A stretch of 64,000 nt of DNA from positions 64,001 through 128,000 of the forward strand of contig CALSSJ010000005.1 in NCBI GenBank assembly GCA_943788985.1, written 5' to 3'. How positions within the stretch are numbered: the stretch's first letter is position 1; each line of letters opens with the position of its first letter. The notes below the pieces were generated by a model, which did not search any database, was not told the origin of the DNA, and worked only from the letters and a program-made list of their open reading frames with translations. The position numbers and the translations under genes were made by a program. Origin of the DNA: an uncultured Lentisphaerales bacterium. Its GTDB lineage: Bacteria; Verrucomicrobiota; Lentisphaeria; JABSQK01; UBA12247. Positions 22,327 to 31,939 of this stretch are shown here, piece by piece.

Positions 22327-22345
22327 CGCAGGGGAGCGGATGTCC

Positions 22346-22633
22346 TCATTTCATTGCGGCGGCGATGATGATGCCGATGCCAATGAATACGCCGGCCATC
22401 ATCACCCCAATTGAAGTGTTCTGGTCCACTGCCAGTTCCTTGCGTAAGTCTAGCTTCAGAACTTTGTCGAACAGCACATAGCCAGCCATAAACAGGACCA
22501 GGCCGATGAGTCCATAAATCAAGGTTGAGGCTATGGCCGCGCCCGACAGGTCGTCTGCGGCCGTGGATTGGGCTTGCATCATGGGGACTGCCAACAGGCA
22601 GAAGGCGACCCAGTTTCTTACTTGCTTGAACAT
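22346..22633 (-). CDS. DUF350 family small membrane protein
   Basis: YGLIGLVL..FDK...DL.KEL..DQN.SIGVMMAGVFIGIGIIIAAAM pattern; position upstream of speE. Confidence 0.85.
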   Translation of the reverse strand: MFKQVRNWVAFCLLAVPMMQAQSTAADDLSGAAIASTLIYGLIGLVLFMAGYVLFDKVLKLDLRKELAVDQNTSIGVMMAGVFIGIGIIIAAAMK

Positions 22634-22679
22634 GAGGATGTCTCCGTTATGTGTTGAAAAGTTGAAGGTGCGGGGTGCA

Positions 22680-22862
22680 TTATTTTCCCCCGCGGTAGCC
22701 ACGGCCGCTGAACCACGGGCCGAAAACGCTTTGGTTCCGTACGCTCTGCTGGACGGAGCGGTCCAGTCGGTTCAAGCCGACTCCAGTCCGGGAGGCGAAG
22801 GTTGACGCGCCCAGGCCACCAGCCATCACTCCCACGGCTAGCCAACGAAATAGTGTGCTCAC
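22680..22862 (-). CDS. Small membrane-anchored peptide ending SVR...GGK
   Basis: AAGGAGG RBS before the GTG start; hydrophobic N-terminus; ends SVRNQSVFGPWFSGRGYRGGK; fills the gap between the DUF4178 and DUF350 genes. Confidence 0.75.
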   Translation of the reverse strand: MSTLFRWLAVGVMAGGLGASTFASRTGVGLNRLDRSVQQSVRNQSVFGPWFSGRGYRGGK

Positions 22863-22874
22863 AGCATGCCCTCC

Positions 22875-24392
22875 TTAATCGCTTTCAAGTTCAATTTTGA
22901 TGCCGCCCGTGATCAGCAGGCCGAGCAAGCAGAAGATGCAGAAGATGACAAAGTAGCGAGTCATCCAGATACCGGACTTGACCGTAATCGTCACCGGCAG
23001 CTTGGCAATGCCCCGCGATGCCTCGAGCTCTGCCAGCAAAGTCAGCGGCCCATTCTCGGTTGGGACAAAATAGCAATTTCCCGAGTAGTCGGATTCGTCC
23101 CACGCTCCCTCTGAGTCGCGGCCAGACTCGTGCCATGTCTCAGCGCCGCCCAAGTAGTAGCGCGTTCCGTCTGCAGCCACTGCCTCCAGTTGGATCACAG
23201 CCCAGGCGCCGGCAGGCATTCTCCCTGACTTAATCTTGATTTGGTGCGGGCGACCGGCTGCCTTCACGTCTATCTGCGGAAACGCGTGGGCCACGCCAGT
23301 CGGGACAGTGGCTGCTTCGTGGTATATCCGCTCGCCAGCAGTCAAGCTGTAGATAGTCCCGCCGATCCCTGCGACCAGCAGGCACCAGAGCACGGCCTTG
23401 GAAAGCCAGACCGCAGCTGGCGCTGCTCCCTTTCCGCCGGGCCCGTAGCCCGTCGCGCCAGCGGCCTCCATCGCCTTGACCAGGTCCTCGTTGCCCAAGG
23501 CGCGCCAGACGTCCAGCTCTCGCAGTGGCGTGACTTTGAACAGTTCGATCTCATTGTCCGTGTATTCGACGCTGTATTGGTTGGAGCCCTTCGCGGCTTC
23601 GATGTAGCGGAATGAATCACCGAGCTTGGCCCGCCAGGTCAGTTCGCCGTCGATGCCGCTGATGCTGGCCTGGCCGCGTTCTGTGATCTTGGCTGCGCCA
23701 TCAGGCGTGGGTAATGTCCGGTCGGTCGCCGGGTCGAATCCCTCCGTGGCTGGGATCGGCTCGGACAGCGTGAAGCCTTTTTCTGGTTCGTAGCAGAGCC
23801 AGAGTACTGCCCCGTCGCTCTGGTTGACGAGCAACCATTCTTCCCAGCGGTAGACCTCGCCGTCGCTGTACTCCTTGAGCCGTAGCCAGCCGACCACCAG
23901 GTACGGCTTTCCGTCCAGGCTGGCGGTCATCCCCGGGCTGATGGGCTGGCATGGTTTGACGTTCCGCTTCTTGCCGACCACCTTGGCCTGGTCGGCACTC
24001 AGGTCCACCACGCTACCACAGAAGCGACAGACCAGCGTGTTCGAGACCTCGCATTGCAGCTTTACACCGCCCCCGCACTGCGGGCACTGCAGGACCTGAA
24101 CTTGCGCCTTTTCCTCTGGTGCGAATGGATCCACGTCGGCGGTTGCTTCGCCAGCCAGGATCGCCAGTTGATGCACTGCCCAGCGATTGTCGGTGCCGAG
24201 TGCGGCTGCCTTGCTCAGGCAGGTGCGCTTGTCCTCCTCATTGCCGCAGACCTGAGCCAGCCACATCCAGGCCAGTTCATGATCAGGATCTTTATCGACG
24301 ACCTCCTGAAGAATCCGAAATGCTGCGTCATTATGCCCCTGACGCGCAGCACGCATTCCGTTCTCGAAATTCTCTTGGAGAGCCTCATCCAT
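22875..24392 (-). CDS. TPR + Zn-ribbon + DUF4178 membrane protein
   Basis: N-terminal TPR (AWMWLA), CPQCGG..CRFCGS, WEEWLL..WLCYE, two TM segments, WDESD motif. Confidence 0.8.
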   Translation of the reverse strand: MDEALQENFENGMRAARQGHNDAAFRILQEVVDKDPDHELAWMWLAQVCGNEEDKRTCLSKAAALGTDNRWAVHQLAILAGEATADVDPFAPEEKAQVQVLQCPQCGGGVKLQCEVSNTLVCRFCGSVVDLSADQAKVVGKKRNVKPCQPISPGMTASLDGKPYLVVGWLRLKEYSDGEVYRWEEWLLVNQSDGAVLWLCYEPEKGFTLSEPIPATEGFDPATDRTLPTPDGAAKITERGQASISGIDGELTWRAKLGDSFRYIEAAKGSNQYSVEYTDNEIELFKVTPLRELDVWRALGNEDLVKAMEAAGATGYGPGGKGAAPAAVWLSKAVLWCLLVAGIGGTIYSLTAGERIYHEAATVPTGVAHAFPQIDVKAAGRPHQIKIKSGRMPAGAWAVIQLEAVAADGTRYYLGGAETWHESGRDSEGAWDESDYSGNCYFVPTENGPLTLLAELEASRGIAKLPVTITVKSGIWMTRYFVIFCIFCLLGLLITGGIKIELESD

Positions 24393-24393
24393 C

Positions 24394-25017
24394 TTAGGAC
24401 CAGACCTCTTCTTTCACCGTCAGTTCATCACGCGACACCAAGTAGCCGACGCTTAACTCTACCTCGTAGCCAGCGTACTCAAGGCTGACCTTCTTATCGC
24501 CAGCGGTGCCGTCCACATACATGATTGGCTCGCCAGGTACGACTGGAAATCCGACTTGGCCCTGGACGCCGACAATCTGCGCTGAACCCTTCTCCGTGAC
24601 GGTCATGCTTTGCTCACCAATTTGGATCGTTGCCCCGGCTCTGGCCCTTCGGTAAGGCGGTGCGTCTGCCGTAACAGCGGTGCGGTCGAAATAGGTAAAC
24701 ACGCCTGCGTCTTCTTGGAGCCAGCCTGATTCGCCGTTCTCAAAGCTCAAGAACCACTCGTCCCACTGGCCGTCTCCGTAGCTGTAGCGCAGCCGTCCGA
24801 TGGCGCTAAAGAGGCGGCCTTTCAGGGTGCCGCGGGCATCCAGGTAGAACATGCTCGGCATGGGGGTAAGCGCCGCCACGCAGCCGCTGGCTGTAAGTGT
24901 ATCATCTACCAGTACCGAGACATTTGCGCAGAAATCACAGGCGACAACTCGCACGAAGCGGTTTTTTACTGGGAGTGGGGCACCGCAGGTCGGGCAACGA
25001 TAGTCGTCATTCCACAT
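24394..25017 (-). CDS. Zn-ribbon + DUF4178 domain protein
   Basis: CPTCGA..CDFC; GRLRY.Y.DG.WDEW..GWLQED. Confidence 0.85.
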   Translation of the reverse strand: MWNDDYRCPTCGAPLPVKNRFVRVVACDFCANVSVLVDDTLTASGCVAALTPMPSMFYLDARGTLKGRLFSAIGRLRYSYGDGQWDEWFLSFENGESGWLQEDAGVFTYFDRTAVTADAPPYRRARAGATIQIGEQSMTVTEKGSAQIVGVQGQVGFPVVPGEPIMYVDGTAGDKKVSLEYAGYEVELSVGYLVSRDELTVKEEVWS

Positions 25018-25069
25018 AGGTATGTCACTCGACTGAGAGCAGCTCGCAAAAATCGCACTTGGGACGAAA

Positions 25070-25143
25070 TGGAGCGGGTAGAGGGAATCGAACCCTCACA
25101 ACCAGCTTGGAAGGCTGGGGCTCTACCGTTGAGCTACACCCGC
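25070..25143 (-). tRNA. tRNA-Gly(TCC)
   Basis: Reverse complement GCGGGTGTAGCTCAACGGTAGAGCCCCAGCCTTCCAAGCTGGTTGTGAGGGTTCGATTCCCTCTACCCGCTCCA; anticodon TCC; encoded CCA. Confidence 0.97.
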
Positions 25144-25282
25144 ATCATCAAGCGACGAAACGATACGATAGCGGATCATTTGTAAATCGCCAGCGACAAC
25201 GTCGAAGGGATCCGAAGGACTTGCAATCACCGTGCTGGAAAGCAGGTTATGACATTACGATTTAAGCGGGAGATTTCGGCCG

Positions 25283-26389
25283 ATGTCCAGACAAATCCTG
25301 ATGATAAGCTTCCTCCTTGCAGCCTTTGCTGTGGGCGCCGCAGAAATGACGCTGGAAGGCATTGCGGGGAAATGGAAGCTGCAGCAGCAGAAGCCGTCAA
25401 AAGCCCAGCTTTGGATTGAACAGCAGCGTCTACAGGGCGGCTCTGAGGAGTACTTGCAACAGTTGCAGGCACGGATCGAGGTGATCGAAGGGCAACTGAC
25501 GCGTGATGCAGAGATTATTGAGATCCAGGGCACGGAGCTGACGGTGCATCGGTTCGATAGCGCGTTTCGCTTTCCGATGAAGGAAAGCCGCCGTTTCTTC
25601 CTGCAGGAAAACGCGATGGTTTTTGCCGATGGTGGGCCGAAGCGGCTGGTGAAACTGGGCAAGACCACCATGCTGCACGTGGTCGATGCGGACTCCGCAA
25701 CCAAGACACCAAAGATTCGCTACCTGTATCGTCGCGTAGCAGGGGAGCAGCCACCTGCCCCTGAGCCGAAGCCGCAGGTTATGCCCGTCCCCGAGCCAGT
25801 TGCCGTCCCCGAGCCCGAGCCGGAACCAGTGGTATTGCCGGAGCCGATCGCTCCAGAAGACCTGAGCTTGCCGCCGGTGAAAGAAGAGTTTCAGATTCTT
25901 GCGGATGCGCCACCGGCGTTCGAAGTGCCCCCAGCCATTGTGGATGATCCGCTGCCAGATGCGGCGATCCCGAATGTGCCCGCTCAAGATGACTTTGAGC
26001 TCCCAGATCCCTTGGCCGAGCTGCCGCCGCCGGAGCCACTGGCAATCGATCGCCCAGAACCCGCAGCGCCGCCAGCCACCGCGAAAGAGCGCGAGTCCTG
26101 GACTCGCAAATCAATCAGCGCGATGGCCGAGTCGGAGTTTCCTGATGACATCGGCCTGCACTGGGAAGTGATCAACTTCTCCGAACGCGATGGCTACTCC
26201 TTTGTCGAGGTGGCACCACGTCCAGCTGTCATGTCGTATGACCGGTTCGTGTTTGCGATTTCGTTTGCCGTTGGTGTGCCGAAGAGTCCAGCTGCCACCT
26301 ACGCGTTCGAAGCAGGTGCCTACTCGCTGCTGAGCACCGCACCCAATGTAGAGGACGGGGCATTCCCCGATATCCTGCGTCTCTGGTAG
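25283..26389 (+). CDS. Secreted hypothetical protein with a Pro/Glu-rich linker
   Basis: Signal peptide; PEPVAVPEPEPEP linker between two globular regions. Confidence 0.75.
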   Translation: MSRQILMISFLLAAFAVGAAEMTLEGIAGKWKLQQQKPSKAQLWIEQQRLQGGSEEYLQQLQARIEVIEGQLTRDAEIIEIQGTELTVHRFDSAFRFPMKESRRFFLQENAMVFADGGPKRLVKLGKTTMLHVVDADSATKTPKIRYLYRRVAGEQPPAPEPKPQVMPVPEPVAVPEPEPEPVVLPEPIAPEDLSLPPVKEEFQILADAPPAFEVPPAIVDDPLPDAAIPNVPAQDDFELPDPLAELPPPEPLAIDRPEPAAPPATAKERESWTRKSISAMAESEFPDDIGLHWEVINFSERDGYSFVEVAPRPAVMSYDRFVFAISFAVGVPKSPAATYAFEAGAYSLLSTAPNVEDGAFPDILRLW

Positions 26390-26396
26390 CCACGCG

Positions 26397-27818
26397 CTAC
26401 GCGATCTGGCCGTGCCGTAGCCAGAGGCGACCGTTGCTGAAGCCCCAGTGCACCATGCCGTTGGGAAGCTCAATGTAGGTATAGGTGCGCTGAAGTGGCT
26501 CGTGCCACCAGGCGGTCGCAAGACGCCACTGGCCCAAGATACGCCCGCGGGGTTGAACCATCGGCTGCGGAGTTGTCTCGACGCGCCGGACCAAGCAGGG
26601 GACGCCGTCTTGGGGCTTGGGGGCCTGCAGTTGAGCAAACTCCTGCCAGCATACCTGGAGCTCGGGCTGATGGCTATCTTGCGGAATTGCATGCTGGACG
26701 CAGGCCTCGCCAAACTGAGCGCGAATCTCGGCCAATGCCTCGGCTGCCTGGTCCTGATCACGGGGGCTATGCTCGGCGAAGAGTAGCAGTTGCTCTGCTT
26801 CTCGCGGGACGTCCTCGGTCTCTAGCTGCAGTGTGGTGATCGCGGTCTCGCAGGACACCGTGGCTACGCGCAGCCGCAGCAAGAGCAGCAATTGCGGCAG
26901 GCTGACGGTGGGGCCCGCAGGCTGAATCGTGACTGTCTGCTCCTCGTTGTCCTCGAACGTAAGGTGCAGGACGACCCGTCGCACGGCTAGGGACCGGCGC
27001 GTACAACGCTCGAGGTGCGAAGTCAGCATCTCCTCGCAGTTGGCCAAGATCTGCTGCTCGTTATCGATGGGCGGGCTGAAGTCGCACCGCTGCACAGTCG
27101 GCGCCATCAGCGGGACCGGCTGGAGCGGGAGATAGAGCATGTCGGCCAGGCGCTGATGCCAGCGTTGGGCATCGCGTCCGAGTCGTCGGCGCAATTCTCC
27201 GGCAGGGATCGCCAGCAACTCGGCCACAGTCCTAACCCCGAGCTTATCCAGAATGCGGGTGGCGGCTTTGCCCAAGGCCAGCGCGGACAGCGGGACCCGG
27301 CCCGTGGCGTTCTGCTCTGCCTCCACGTTGACAAAGGCAAAAGCACCAGACCAGCTATGGGCGATGGCATAGGTCCCGTAGCGGCTGAAACCAGCCACCA
27401 CTGTGGCCCGATACCCCAGCAGGTCCAGGCCGCTCTGCACCGCCCGGCTCCACTGCAGCGGCGAGTCATACAGGCGCTCAAAGCCGGCACAGCGCAGCCA
27501 GAAAACACCTGGCTCTCCAGCTGGCTCGACATCCGGACTGAACTCCTGCAGCAGCTCGATCAGCTCACGCCTCGCCTCGGTATCTTGCGAGGGATCAATC
27601 GCTCCGGCACGCAGGCCCGGCACCAATGCCAGCGCCGCTGCATAGCGCATGCCCGCCTTGAGCCCAAGTTGCCCGGCGCTCTGGTTGAGTTGCAGAATTG
27701 CCCCGGCGGCCTGCTGGCGGTCGACCACGACTACGGGATCGCCTGCCCAGCCGGGATGCCCGCGCAACAGCTGCTGTAGGGAAAAGGCAGGAAGTCTAAT
27801 GCAGGCCAGTCGATCCAT
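26397..27818 (-). CDS. imuB: ImuB, catalytically inactive Y-family polymerase homolog
   Basis: GLKAGMRYAAALAL, FSPDVE, LGVRTV..L, QLLLF clamp-binding-like motif, C-terminal W...WW...R.Y; catalytic acidic residues not evident. Confidence 0.85.
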   Translation of the reverse strand: MDRLACIRLPAFSLQQLLRGHPGWAGDPVVVVDRQQAAGAILQLNQSAGQLGLKAGMRYAAALALVPGLRAGAIDPSQDTEARRELIELLQEFSPDVEPAGEPGVFWLRCAGFERLYDSPLQWSRAVQSGLDLLGYRATVVAGFSRYGTYAIAHSWSGAFAFVNVEAEQNATGRVPLSALALGKAATRILDKLGVRTVAELLAIPAGELRRRLGRDAQRWHQRLADMLYLPLQPVPLMAPTVQRCDFSPPIDNEQQILANCEEMLTSHLERCTRRSLAVRRVVLHLTFEDNEEQTVTIQPAGPTVSLPQLLLLLRLRVATVSCETAITTLQLETEDVPREAEQLLLFAEHSPRDQDQAAEALAEIRAQFGEACVQHAIPQDSHQPELQVCWQEFAQLQAPKPQDGVPCLVRRVETTPQPMVQPRGRILGQWRLATAWWHEPLQRTYTYIELPNGMVHWGFSNGRLWLRHGQIA

Positions 27819-28413
27819 GTACCGTCACCGTATGAATCGGGCTTTCTGGGCGATCCGCGTCGCAGACTTGGATGCAAAACCTACCGTTAGGGAGTGCCTG
27901 CCGCTCGGTGCGCACTTGCACGTGGGCAAGTCGCCATCCGGGGCCACTGCCGCTGTCCTTTTGCGGAGTCAGCAACACGATCACCACCTGATGGCGTTTT
28001 GCGGAGTCCGCAAGCCGTTTTGCCGGGGCTACGGCCAGGTGCTGATCACACTCCACAATCAGCGTGCTGAAGGCTCCAGAGCAGGCCAGGGTCTCGGTCG
28101 CTTGCAGCCGGGCCAGCGGCTCGTCAAGCATCACAAATGGCAACGCCGCCGGGTCGATCCCCCAGCGGTAGAGATCAGGCGGATGCACGCCCGAAGCGGC
28201 TGGTCGAATCCAGGCGCAGAATTGATGGGCCTGCTGCGTCTCGGTGACCAACTCGGCCGCGAGCGCATAGGCAGCGGAGTGGCCACCCCAGCTTAGTTGC
28301 ACCAGGCTGCCGCACAGTGCCTTAAGTGTCCACGTGACGGCACGCGACGGCAGCTCGCTGGCCCGTCGCAGGCTGTTATGTGGCAGCAAACGCTGTAATT
28401 CGGCAATGTCCAC
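27796..28413 (-). CDS. imuA: ImuA-like RecA-fold protein
   Basis: AWI......PPDL..WGID, L.CSGAF..LIV; degenerate Walker A; overlaps the imuB start. Confidence 0.8.
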   Translation of the reverse strand: MDIAELQRLLPHNSLRRASELPSRAVTWTLKALCGSLVQLSWGGHSAAYALAAELVTETQQAHQFCAWIRPAASGVHPPDLYRWGIDPAALPFVMLDEPLARLQATETLACSGAFSTLIVECDQHLAVAPAKRLADSAKRHQVVIVLLTPQKDSGSGPGWRLAHVQVRTERQALPNGRFCIQVCDADRPESPIHTVTVHGSTGLH

Positions 28414-28426
28414 ACGGACCCCTACG

Positions 28427-28473
28427 GTATTTAGTTTATACGAAATAATATTAGCATATCAGCAGCATTGCAA
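28427..28473 (-). promoter_or_regulatory. Sigma70-type promoter of imuAB with a candidate operator
   Basis: Minus strand TTGCAA-17 nt-TATTAT (28473-28445), followed by the inverted repeat GTAT-N7-ATAC (28427-28441) over the likely start site. Confidence 0.55.
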
Positions 28474-28538
28474 GCTCCTTCCGCGCGAACGACTACAGTT
28501 CTCGGATTCTGTTGAATTCACCCCTGCCTGAACAGACC

Positions 28539-30257
28539 ATGGCGAAACGTCGCAGCCGCACAAAACGAAAGACTATCGGCACCGAAGCCGAAGCGCCGGA
28601 CTGGCTTGTCGCCGGTCAGATTGCGCTGGGCTGTCTGCTGCTCTACAGCATGACGCTGTGGTTTGGGTTTTCGCCACTGGATGATTTTGACCTGATCGCG
28701 CGGCGGCTGGAGGATCTTGGGAACTGGGCCAATCTCGGGGATTCGTTCACAAATTCGATTTTCACCAAGGCGTATTATCGGCCGTTGCTGACCTTATCCT
28801 TTCGCTTTGATGCGATTGTGGGTGGGGGTAGTACCGCGATGTTTCACTTTACGAACGTCGTCCTGCACGGGGTCTGCATGGGCTTGCTCTATGCCGCATT
28901 GGTTTCGTTTGGCTTGAGCCGCAAGGCGGCGTTGCTGTGGACGGCCCTGGCGGCAGCACACCCTATTCATGTACATGCCGTGGCCTGGATTCCAGGACGA
29001 AACGACACGATGCAGGCCGCGCTGGCGCTCGGCCTCTGGCTGACTCTGAATCACTGGCGGAACAAGGGGCATGATGCGTGGCTGGTTCCGCACTTCATCC
29101 TCTTCGTGCTGGCGTTGCTGACCAAGGAAAGCGCGATTCTGCTGCCGTTTCTGCTGTTGGCTGCGGACTGGCTGGTGCATCGCGATAAACAGTCGCTGCC
29201 GTACGTGAAACTTGTGGTCGGCTGGACCGTGCTGATCGTGCTCTGGCTGCGAATGCGTGGGGCGTACGCGACGGATCCGAATTTTCAATGGGAGCTGCTG
29301 GATAAAATGCAGCTGATTCTGGCCACCCTCGAGGCATTTACGGTCTACATCGGCAAGTACTTTCTACCGTTCAACCTCGGCATCATGCCCTATCCGCAGG
29401 ATCAAACGCTGATCTTTGGTATGATCGCGATCGTGGTGCTGGCGCTGCTGCTTTGGCGTTGCGGAGTTCGCAACTGGCTGGTGGTGGGATTTGGTGTGAT
29501 CTGGGTGGGCGGGACGTTGCTGTTACCGACGGTGTCGGGGGCCTTGGGCACGACGACCGGGGGAGACATGGAGCATCGCATGTACCTGGGGACGTTGGGC
29601 ATGATCCTTATTCTGACCCAACTGAAACTGCCCGAGACCATTTCAGAGAAGCTGGTCCCGCAGGTGGCTGTAGGAGTGGCGGTATCATTTGCCATTCTGT
29701 CACTGGTGCGCATGCCCGTGTATCGCACGCAGCTGAGTTTTGCGGACTCCGCAGTCCAGACCTCGCCGGGCACGTACTTCACCTATCTGATCCGGGGGCG
29801 GGTGCATCGTCGGGAAGGCCGTCGAGAGGAGGCGCTGGGGGACTTTGAAAAGGCCGTTTCGTTATCGAAGGGCTCGGCTAGCATCTACCTGAGTATGGGC
29901 TTGCTGCACACGGAGATGAAACAGCTGGATAAGGCCATGGACGTTTACACGCGCGGGATCCAGGCGGATGCCAGACAGCAGGGAGACCACATCGTGCATT
30001 CTCTGAACGGCTGTCGGCTGGCCTTGAACCGTGGATCGCTCCACTTCCAGGCTGGAGATTATGACAAGGCCTTTGCGGACTATCAGCTTGTGGTGAGCAG
30101 CTGGCAGGATTGTGGTCCGGCCTGGTTCGGGATGGGGCTGGTGCATCAGATGCGCAAGGAAGATGCGAAAGCGCTGAAGCTCTATCGTCACGCGGCTGCA
30201 CTGGGCGATGAGTCCGCGCAGAAGAAGCTCGCCTCCATGCGGATCGTTCCGAAGTGA
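28539..30257 (+). CDS. TMTC-like membrane glycosyltransferase with C-terminal TPRs
   Basis: LDD, YYRPL, HPIHVHAVAWIPGRND, LLTKE, EHRMYL; TPR tail. Confidence 0.85.
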   Translation: MAKRRSRTKRKTIGTEAEAPDWLVAGQIALGCLLLYSMTLWFGFSPLDDFDLIARRLEDLGNWANLGDSFTNSIFTKAYYRPLLTLSFRFDAIVGGGSTAMFHFTNVVLHGVCMGLLYAALVSFGLSRKAALLWTALAAAHPIHVHAVAWIPGRNDTMQAALALGLWLTLNHWRNKGHDAWLVPHFILFVLALLTKESAILLPFLLLAADWLVHRDKQSLPYVKLVVGWTVLIVLWLRMRGAYATDPNFQWELLDKMQLILATLEAFTVYIGKYFLPFNLGIMPYPQDQTLIFGMIAIVVLALLLWRCGVRNWLVVGFGVIWVGGTLLLPTVSGALGTTTGGDMEHRMYLGTLGMILILTQLKLPETISEKLVPQVAVGVAVSFAILSLVRMPVYRTQLSFADSAVQTSPGTYFTYLIRGRVHRREGRREEALGDFEKAVSLSKGSASIYLSMGLLHTEMKQLDKAMDVYTRGIQADARQQGDHIVHSLNGCRLALNRGSLHFQAGDYDKAFADYQLVVSSWQDCGPAWFGMGLVHQMRKEDAKALKLYRHAAALGDESAQKKLASMRIVPK

Positions 30258-31060
30258 TGGACGAGACCTACGCATATCGATTTGGCGGGATTGAGCGCTT
30301 GTATTCAGCAGAGGATTTGGCCTGGCTTGGGCAGGCGCACATCGCCGTGGTGGGCGTGGGCGGCGTGGGAGCCTGGACCGTAGAGGCGCTGGCGCGCAGC
30401 GGCGTCGGCACGCTCACCCTGATCGACTGGGACGACATCTGCATCACCAACGTGAACCGCCAGCTGCACGCGCTGGATGGCACGTTGGGAAAAGCCAAGG
30501 TGGATGTGTTGGCCGAGCGGGTTCGAGCGATAAATCCGTCCTGCACCTGCCACGCGGTACGTGCGTTTTACACGAAGGAGAATGCGGAAGAACTGCTGGG
30601 GCAGGGCTTTGATTGCGTGGTCGATGCCATCGATGGAGTTTCCGCCAAGTGTCATCTGATTGCCAGCTGCCGGCAGCGCAGAATTCGTATCGTGACCGTG
30701 GGGGGCGCAGGCGGTAGAATCGATCCGACGCGCATCGAGACCGCAGATCTCAGTCGGGCCTACAAGGACCCGCTGCTGGCCTATGTGCGTAAAAAATTAC
30801 GACAAAAGTATGAATTTCCACGTGACACCCGGAAACGGTTTCGGGTGGACTGTGTGTTTTCCCCGGAAGAGATCCGGTTGCCTCCGGCCTGTGAGCCCAG
30901 TGAGAACATGCGGCTGGACTGTGCGAGTGGCTATGGTGCCGCGACGTTCGTGACTGGGACCTTTGGCTTTGTCGCTGCGGCCCGGGCGCTGGAACGCGTG
31001 CTCACGCGAAAGCGAGCTACGAGCGAACGACAACTTGCAGCTGAGGAGAATCTCAGCTAG
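30254..31060 (+). CDS. tcdA: tRNA threonylcarbamoyladenosine dehydratase
   Basis: RFGGIERLY, VVGVGGVG, ALARSGVG, TNVNRQ, GGAGGRIDPT, GYGAATFVTGTFG. Confidence 0.92.
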   Translation: MMDETYAYRFGGIERLYSAEDLAWLGQAHIAVVGVGGVGAWTVEALARSGVGTLTLIDWDDICITNVNRQLHALDGTLGKAKVDVLAERVRAINPSCTCHAVRAFYTKENAEELLGQGFDCVVDAIDGVSAKCHLIASCRQRRIRIVTVGGAGGRIDPTRIETADLSRAYKDPLLAYVRKKLRQKYEFPRDTRKRFRVDCVFSPEEIRLPPACEPSENMRLDCASGYGAATFVTGTFGFVAAARALERVLTRKRATSERQLAAEENLS

Positions 31061-31114
31061 GAGTACGAGGTTGAACGCCACGCAGCACGGCTGCAATCAT
31101 CCCCGACTGATACT

Positions 31115-31939
31115 ATGATAAAAGCGGATACCTTTCCCGTGATTCGGTTACGCAGCAGATCGTTTACCCTCATTGAATTACTAGTGGTAATCACGATTAT
31201 TGCGATCCTTGCAGCACTTCTTTTGCCAGCACTCTCAAGAGCTAGAGATAGCTCCAGGAACAGTGTCTGCATGAACAATCTGAAGCAGATTGGCTTATTC
31301 GCGGCCATGTATACGGCAGATAACGTGTCTCACTATCCAACCCAGAGCAAGTACGGGGGAAGCAGCTGGGACGATAAATTCAGCGCCTATGACGGCCGCG
31401 TGCTCACAGATGCCGAGATTGCCGAGCCGGCACTGCTGGCATCGGCACTCGGCCGGGACCATGGCCGCAGCTACCGTTGCCCGTCAGACACCGCCGAGCC
31501 AAACGATGACAGGTACATTCGCAAGACCTATTCTCCTACCCAAATGTACGTGTACAACACGCATACAGAGGGACCGGGAACTACCGCTGCATTCCTAGGA
31601 ATCGTGGGCTTTGATCACAACGTAATATCCGGGCGCTACCCATGGGACAGGCTTGCCAGGCAAATGGCTGACATCAATAATCCCGCCCGCAGTATTGCTT
31701 TCACCGAGGATGTGTGGGCGAGCTCTTATTTGGGGAATTCATCCAACTGGGATATGATCAATGCCTCCGACATTTATTCTGATCAGCCTCATCATTTGAA
31801 GATGTTCAATTTTCAAATCGCTGATGGCCACGTGGAGTCAATGATGATGTTCGAAACCCTGATCCGCGATGACGGCACGAGTGCGGGCGCCCACAATGTC
31901 AGCGATACTTGGTGGGACACAAGAAGCAGCCGGCGCTAA
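31115..31939 (+). CDS. Prepilin-type N-terminal cleavage/methylation protein (DUF1559, H-X9-DG type)
   Basis: [53 protein letters not shown]. Confidence 0.92.
   Translation: MIKADTFPVIRLRSRSFTLIELLVVITIIAILAALLLPALSRARDSSRNSVCMNNLKQIGLFAAMYTADNVSHYPTQSKYGGSSWDDKFSAYDGRVLTDAEIAEPALLASALGRDHGRSYRCPSDTAEPNDDRYIRKTYSPTQMYVYNTHTEGPGTTAAFLGIVGFDHNVISGRYPWDRLARQMADINNPARSIAFTEDVWASSYLGNSSNWDMINASDIYSDQPHHLKMFNFQIADGHVESMMMFETLIRDDGTSAGAHNVSDTWWDTRSSRR

Noticed and set aside
25059..25265. 68-aa ORF
   Set aside because: It is the antisense reading of tRNA-Gly.
25755..25860. CCCGAG/CCGGAG short tandem-like repeats
   Set aside because: Explained by the Pro-Glu linker of the encoded protein.
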